Notes under the pieces: model-generated
Told to the model about the DNA's origin: nothing
The model's database searches: none
What the model saw: only the letters and a program-made list of their open reading frames with translations
Source: a virus
Taxonomy: Duplodnaviria > Caudoviricetes
Strand: one strand, 5' to 3'
DNA length: 34,875 nucleotides
IMG/VR virus record: IMGVR_UViG_3300049182_000103
Coordinates: 1-34,875 of that record
Translations under genes and position numbers: made by a program
Shown here: piece by piece, positions 33,701 through 34,875 of the stretch
Layout: each line of letters opens with the position of its first letter
Numbering within the stretch: the stretch's first letter is position 1

Positions 33701-33956
33701 GCGCGTCGGCTCCTTCACCTCGACGCACGTGCCTGGCGAATCGGCGAACCAGTACGTTGGCACCATCAGCGCAGAAATCACACCGGTCGTCAACAAGCCG
33801 GCGTTCCAGACGCCGATCACGTCCCCGGTGGGTAACCCCTACGGGGCCGGCAACGAGCGTGTGATGCTGCGCGTGCGCGTGCAACTGGTCGACCGGGACG
33901 CCAAGACCAGTTTCGTCCTGACGTCGCTGCAGTGGACGCTGGACACCTCGGGGTGA
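30705..33956 (+). CDS. Tail tip/host-specificity protein (lambda J C-terminal/DUF1983-like) with collagen linker and two CBM-like modules
   Basis: GPPGPPGPAG; FN3-like domain; coiled coil (EAATR.SAD.ALA); AQYTVR...VGGFGL...F.V.ANKFWV...PFVI...GVYMDAAYIKN; IQSDNFV.GS.GWRI. Start at TGATG 30705. Confidence 0.8.
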   Translation: MVSVANGIKDIPHPGKLPSKELREVFQTVLRVREEVQRLTGFRGDVADQALTLRTGLTVGGVTTIPGPPGPPGPAGGSSTPDLTPPPDVTNFAAVAAITHVIVTFDVATFTVGHGPLETIIYGVQKNPGDPNPVFGDAQRVYGAPHPLTIAAIPSEPNIRWHLWAKYRTIDGVESVNPVGGTNGVIVTTGQDVSHLLAVLSGQITSSQLHTDLNTRINLIDAASSVPGSVNARIATEAATRTSADNALATSITNLSATVSTLDGEVDSNFTTLNSAIQTEATARASGDATNASAITTVQSRIDNGNASQFDPEIVWDFQNTLDGWSVAGATASVGSNYVTLTSSGSDPMFRSPAALGLAGATHNKVRARVMRTAGSGWDGKVFYVTAGHGESGSFNKTVTPDPTVLNQWVTIEWDMEALTAGGTDWTTSTITQIRVDLGATAADVFRIDWVAVGSRGVGVAAAVVQQEISTRAAETGYLGAQYTVRAQVTQGGRTVVGGFGLSATSSPNAGPTIDFGVIANKFWVAAPQGTSGVSDVAPFVIQTTPETVNGVVIPPGVYMDAAYIKNLTALWGRFGTLVADTIAAAQINAANLTLGNGTVGGNLRSTNFSSGTAGWLLQPNGAAELNSVQVRGNSTFDGQVTIRDQLGRTLFTSGSAVDAARLLNGNDYTPHLVWDFGGVGSGWTHSGQTVTLQATSVLIASTGNDPFMFSPAISLSGATYDKVRVRIRRESGSGWDGVCFYAIDGGHSYTASFHKSIPDRTQIGQWVILEWDMAALSVGGSDWVNSTITSIRLDFGATPSDSFTIDWISIGKHGPMRINGANISTFIEGAAIGNAQIGGDIQSDNFVAGSAGWRIRKSTGSAEFLNVLARGDIQATSLNAATGTFTGNLSGASGTFGTITSGLLRNAANTAWVDLNASGSQNFIVAQSGAVRITADGDAYFTKSLASGTWSGSLQLIDAVVDPEGGGNTLYLTPEKTFLIDTGYSKPWNVLFERTMTARVGSFTSTHVPGESANQYVGTISAEITPVVNKPAFQTPITSPVGNPYGAGNERVMLRVRVQLVDRDAKTSFVLTSLQWTLDTSG
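31632..33140 (+). repeat. Duplicated ~145-aa carbohydrate-binding-like module (31632-32066 and 32709-33140)
   Basis: Both copies read VWDF....GW...G.T......S.G.DP...SPA...GAT..KVR.R..R..GSGWDG..FY...GH....SF.K....QWV..EWDM.AL..GG.DW..STIT.IR.D.GAT..D.F.IDW...G. Confidence 0.9.
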
Positions 33957-33970
33957 TGCCCCACGTGGAG

Positions 33971-34003
33971 TCCGGTGGATTTTCTCGGATCTGGCTGTAG
34001 TTT
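33971..34003 (+). promoter_or_regulatory. Phage promoter family copy 5 (TCCGG-TGGATT-N16-TAGTTT)
   Basis: Intergenic motif match; predicted +1 is the A of ATG 34010, and no SD precedes it. Confidence 0.65.
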
Positions 34004-34009
34004 GTCCCG

Positions 34010-34615
34010 ATGTACGCCACGCAACTTCGGGACGCTCTCGGGTCGCATCTCGGGCGGGTGCTGACCCCGGAGGTCGCCGTCGCCATCTTCGAGGCGGCGG
34101 TGCAGTCGCGAGCCGAGCCGATCGACATCGACCAGTTCGAGCCGCTGGCGGCCGACGGGTTCGTCATCCGAGCCGAGCGGTTCGTCAAGGTGCTGCCGGA
34201 GTTGCGGCCGCTGCACGAGGAACATTGGTCCGAGACGGAAAAGTACCGCCACGGGCTCGAGTTGAAGCCGGACTACGACGCCATGGCCGAGCGCGAGCGC
34301 GCGGGGCGGCTGCTGCAGTTCACGGTGCGGCGGGACGGCATGCTAGTAGGCCATCTCCGCATGTTCCTCGGCACGTCGCTCCACACGCAGACACTGTTCG
34401 CCGACGAAGACACATTGTTCCTCAGAAGGCAGTACCGCGGCAGTTTCCTCCCGCTGAAGCTCATGCGCTATGCGGAGTCGGCGCTGCTGTCGCTGGGCGT
34501 CCGGGAGATCCGGGCTTCGAGCAAGAAGGCCAACAACGCAGATGTGCTCATGCGTCGGCTCAAGTACGACGTGGTGGCGATGCAGTTCGTCAAGTTTTTC
34601 AAGGAGTCCGAATGA
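34010..34615 (+). CDS. GNAT-fold acetyltransferase-like phage protein
   Basis: L.PLHEEHW.E, L.PDYD.....E..G.L..FTVR.DG.LVG, EDTLFL..QYRG....KLMRYAE..L..LGVREI; precedes the ejection-protein genes. Confidence 0.7.
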   Translation: MYATQLRDALGSHLGRVLTPEVAVAIFEAAVQSRAEPIDIDQFEPLAADGFVIRAERFVKVLPELRPLHEEHWSETEKYRHGLELKPDYDAMAERERAGRLLQFTVRRDGMLVGHLRMFLGTSLHTQTLFADEDTLFLRRQYRGSFLPLKLMRYAESALLSLGVREIRASSKKANNADVLMRRLKYDVVAMQFVKFFKESE

Positions 34616-34875
34616 AGGCATTCGTCGCGTGGCTGTTCGAGCCGCTGTATCGGCGCTGGTGGCGATTTGCGGTCAGCAGTGGCCTTGTGCTGCGGTGTGC
34701 CGATGCGCCAGATTATTCGGGCATGAATAGGGCCGCGGAAGCCTCCGCCGCGTTGAGCGGCGAAGCGTTGGCCTTTTTTAAGGACGTCTACGCCAAGGAA
34801 GCCCCGGCGCGCGAGGCCGCCGCGAGCCTGAACAACCAAGTTGCCCAAGAGCAGATCAAGGGCATGCAGTTCGCC
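34612..34875 (+). CDS. Probable DNA-ejection/internal virion protein (partial, runs off the window)
   Basis: AAGGAG RBS and ATGA overlap; MKAFVAWLFEPLYRRWWRFAVSSGLVLRCADAPDYSGMNRAAEASAALS...; Ala/Gln-rich helix typical of first ejection proteins. Confidence 0.6.
   Translation, partial: MKAFVAWLFEPLYRRWWRFAVSSGLVLRCADAPDYSGMNRAAEASAALSGEALAFFKDVYAKEAPAREAAASLNNQVAQEQIKGMQFA

Larger units (their letters stand above)
1..34875 (+). mobile_element. Tailed phage/prophage segment (podovirus-like; nin region through virion structural and lysis genes)
   Basis: Co-oriented, tightly overlapping ORFs (many ATGA/TGATG junctions) encoding NinG, terminase, portal, capsid, fibres and endolysin. No host housekeeping genes, att site or integrase in the window, so free phage versus prophage cannot be decided. 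Confidence 0.95.

Noticed and set aside
15450-33956. Diversity-generating retroelement acting on fibre genes
   Set aside because: No reverse transcriptase and no near-identical TR/VR pair differing only at adenines; the repeats are in-frame protein duplications.

Overview
The whole window is one GC-rich, all-plus-strand segment of a tailed phage or prophage with podovirus-like organisation. The P22-like terminase and portal, the N4-gp56-family major capsid preceded by a CsrA-like gene, and the lack of a tape-measure gene recall F116/Bcep22-type phages; a proteobacterial host is inferred, not shown. Gene order: end of a nin-like region (ninG plus small ORFs); an accessory cluster (wHTH protein, Cys-rich protein, HslV/Ntn-like peptidase, HTH-metallophosphoesterase, dATP/dGTP diphosphohydrolase); an HNH endonuclease remnant; terS, terL, portal, scaffold, CsrA-like, capsid and adaptors; a 12-kb array of fibre and glycan-interacting proteins (triple-repeat fibre, putative lyase plus propeller, cupin, beta-helix, SwmB-repeat, DUF1996); a lysis cassette with a TIGR02594 endolysin and no canonical spanin pair; tail nozzle; J/DUF1983-like tip protein with a duplicated CBM-like module; GNAT-like protein; start of a probable ejection protein. 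The strongest non-coding signal is a five-copy promoter family, TCCGG-T(T/G)GNNN-N16-NRNNNT, placed at the head of each late module. Two copies appear to produce leaderless mRNAs and one a ~95-nt three-hairpin small RNA with an exposed anti-Shine-Dalgarno tract. All protein calls come from motifs recognised by eye; no searches were run.
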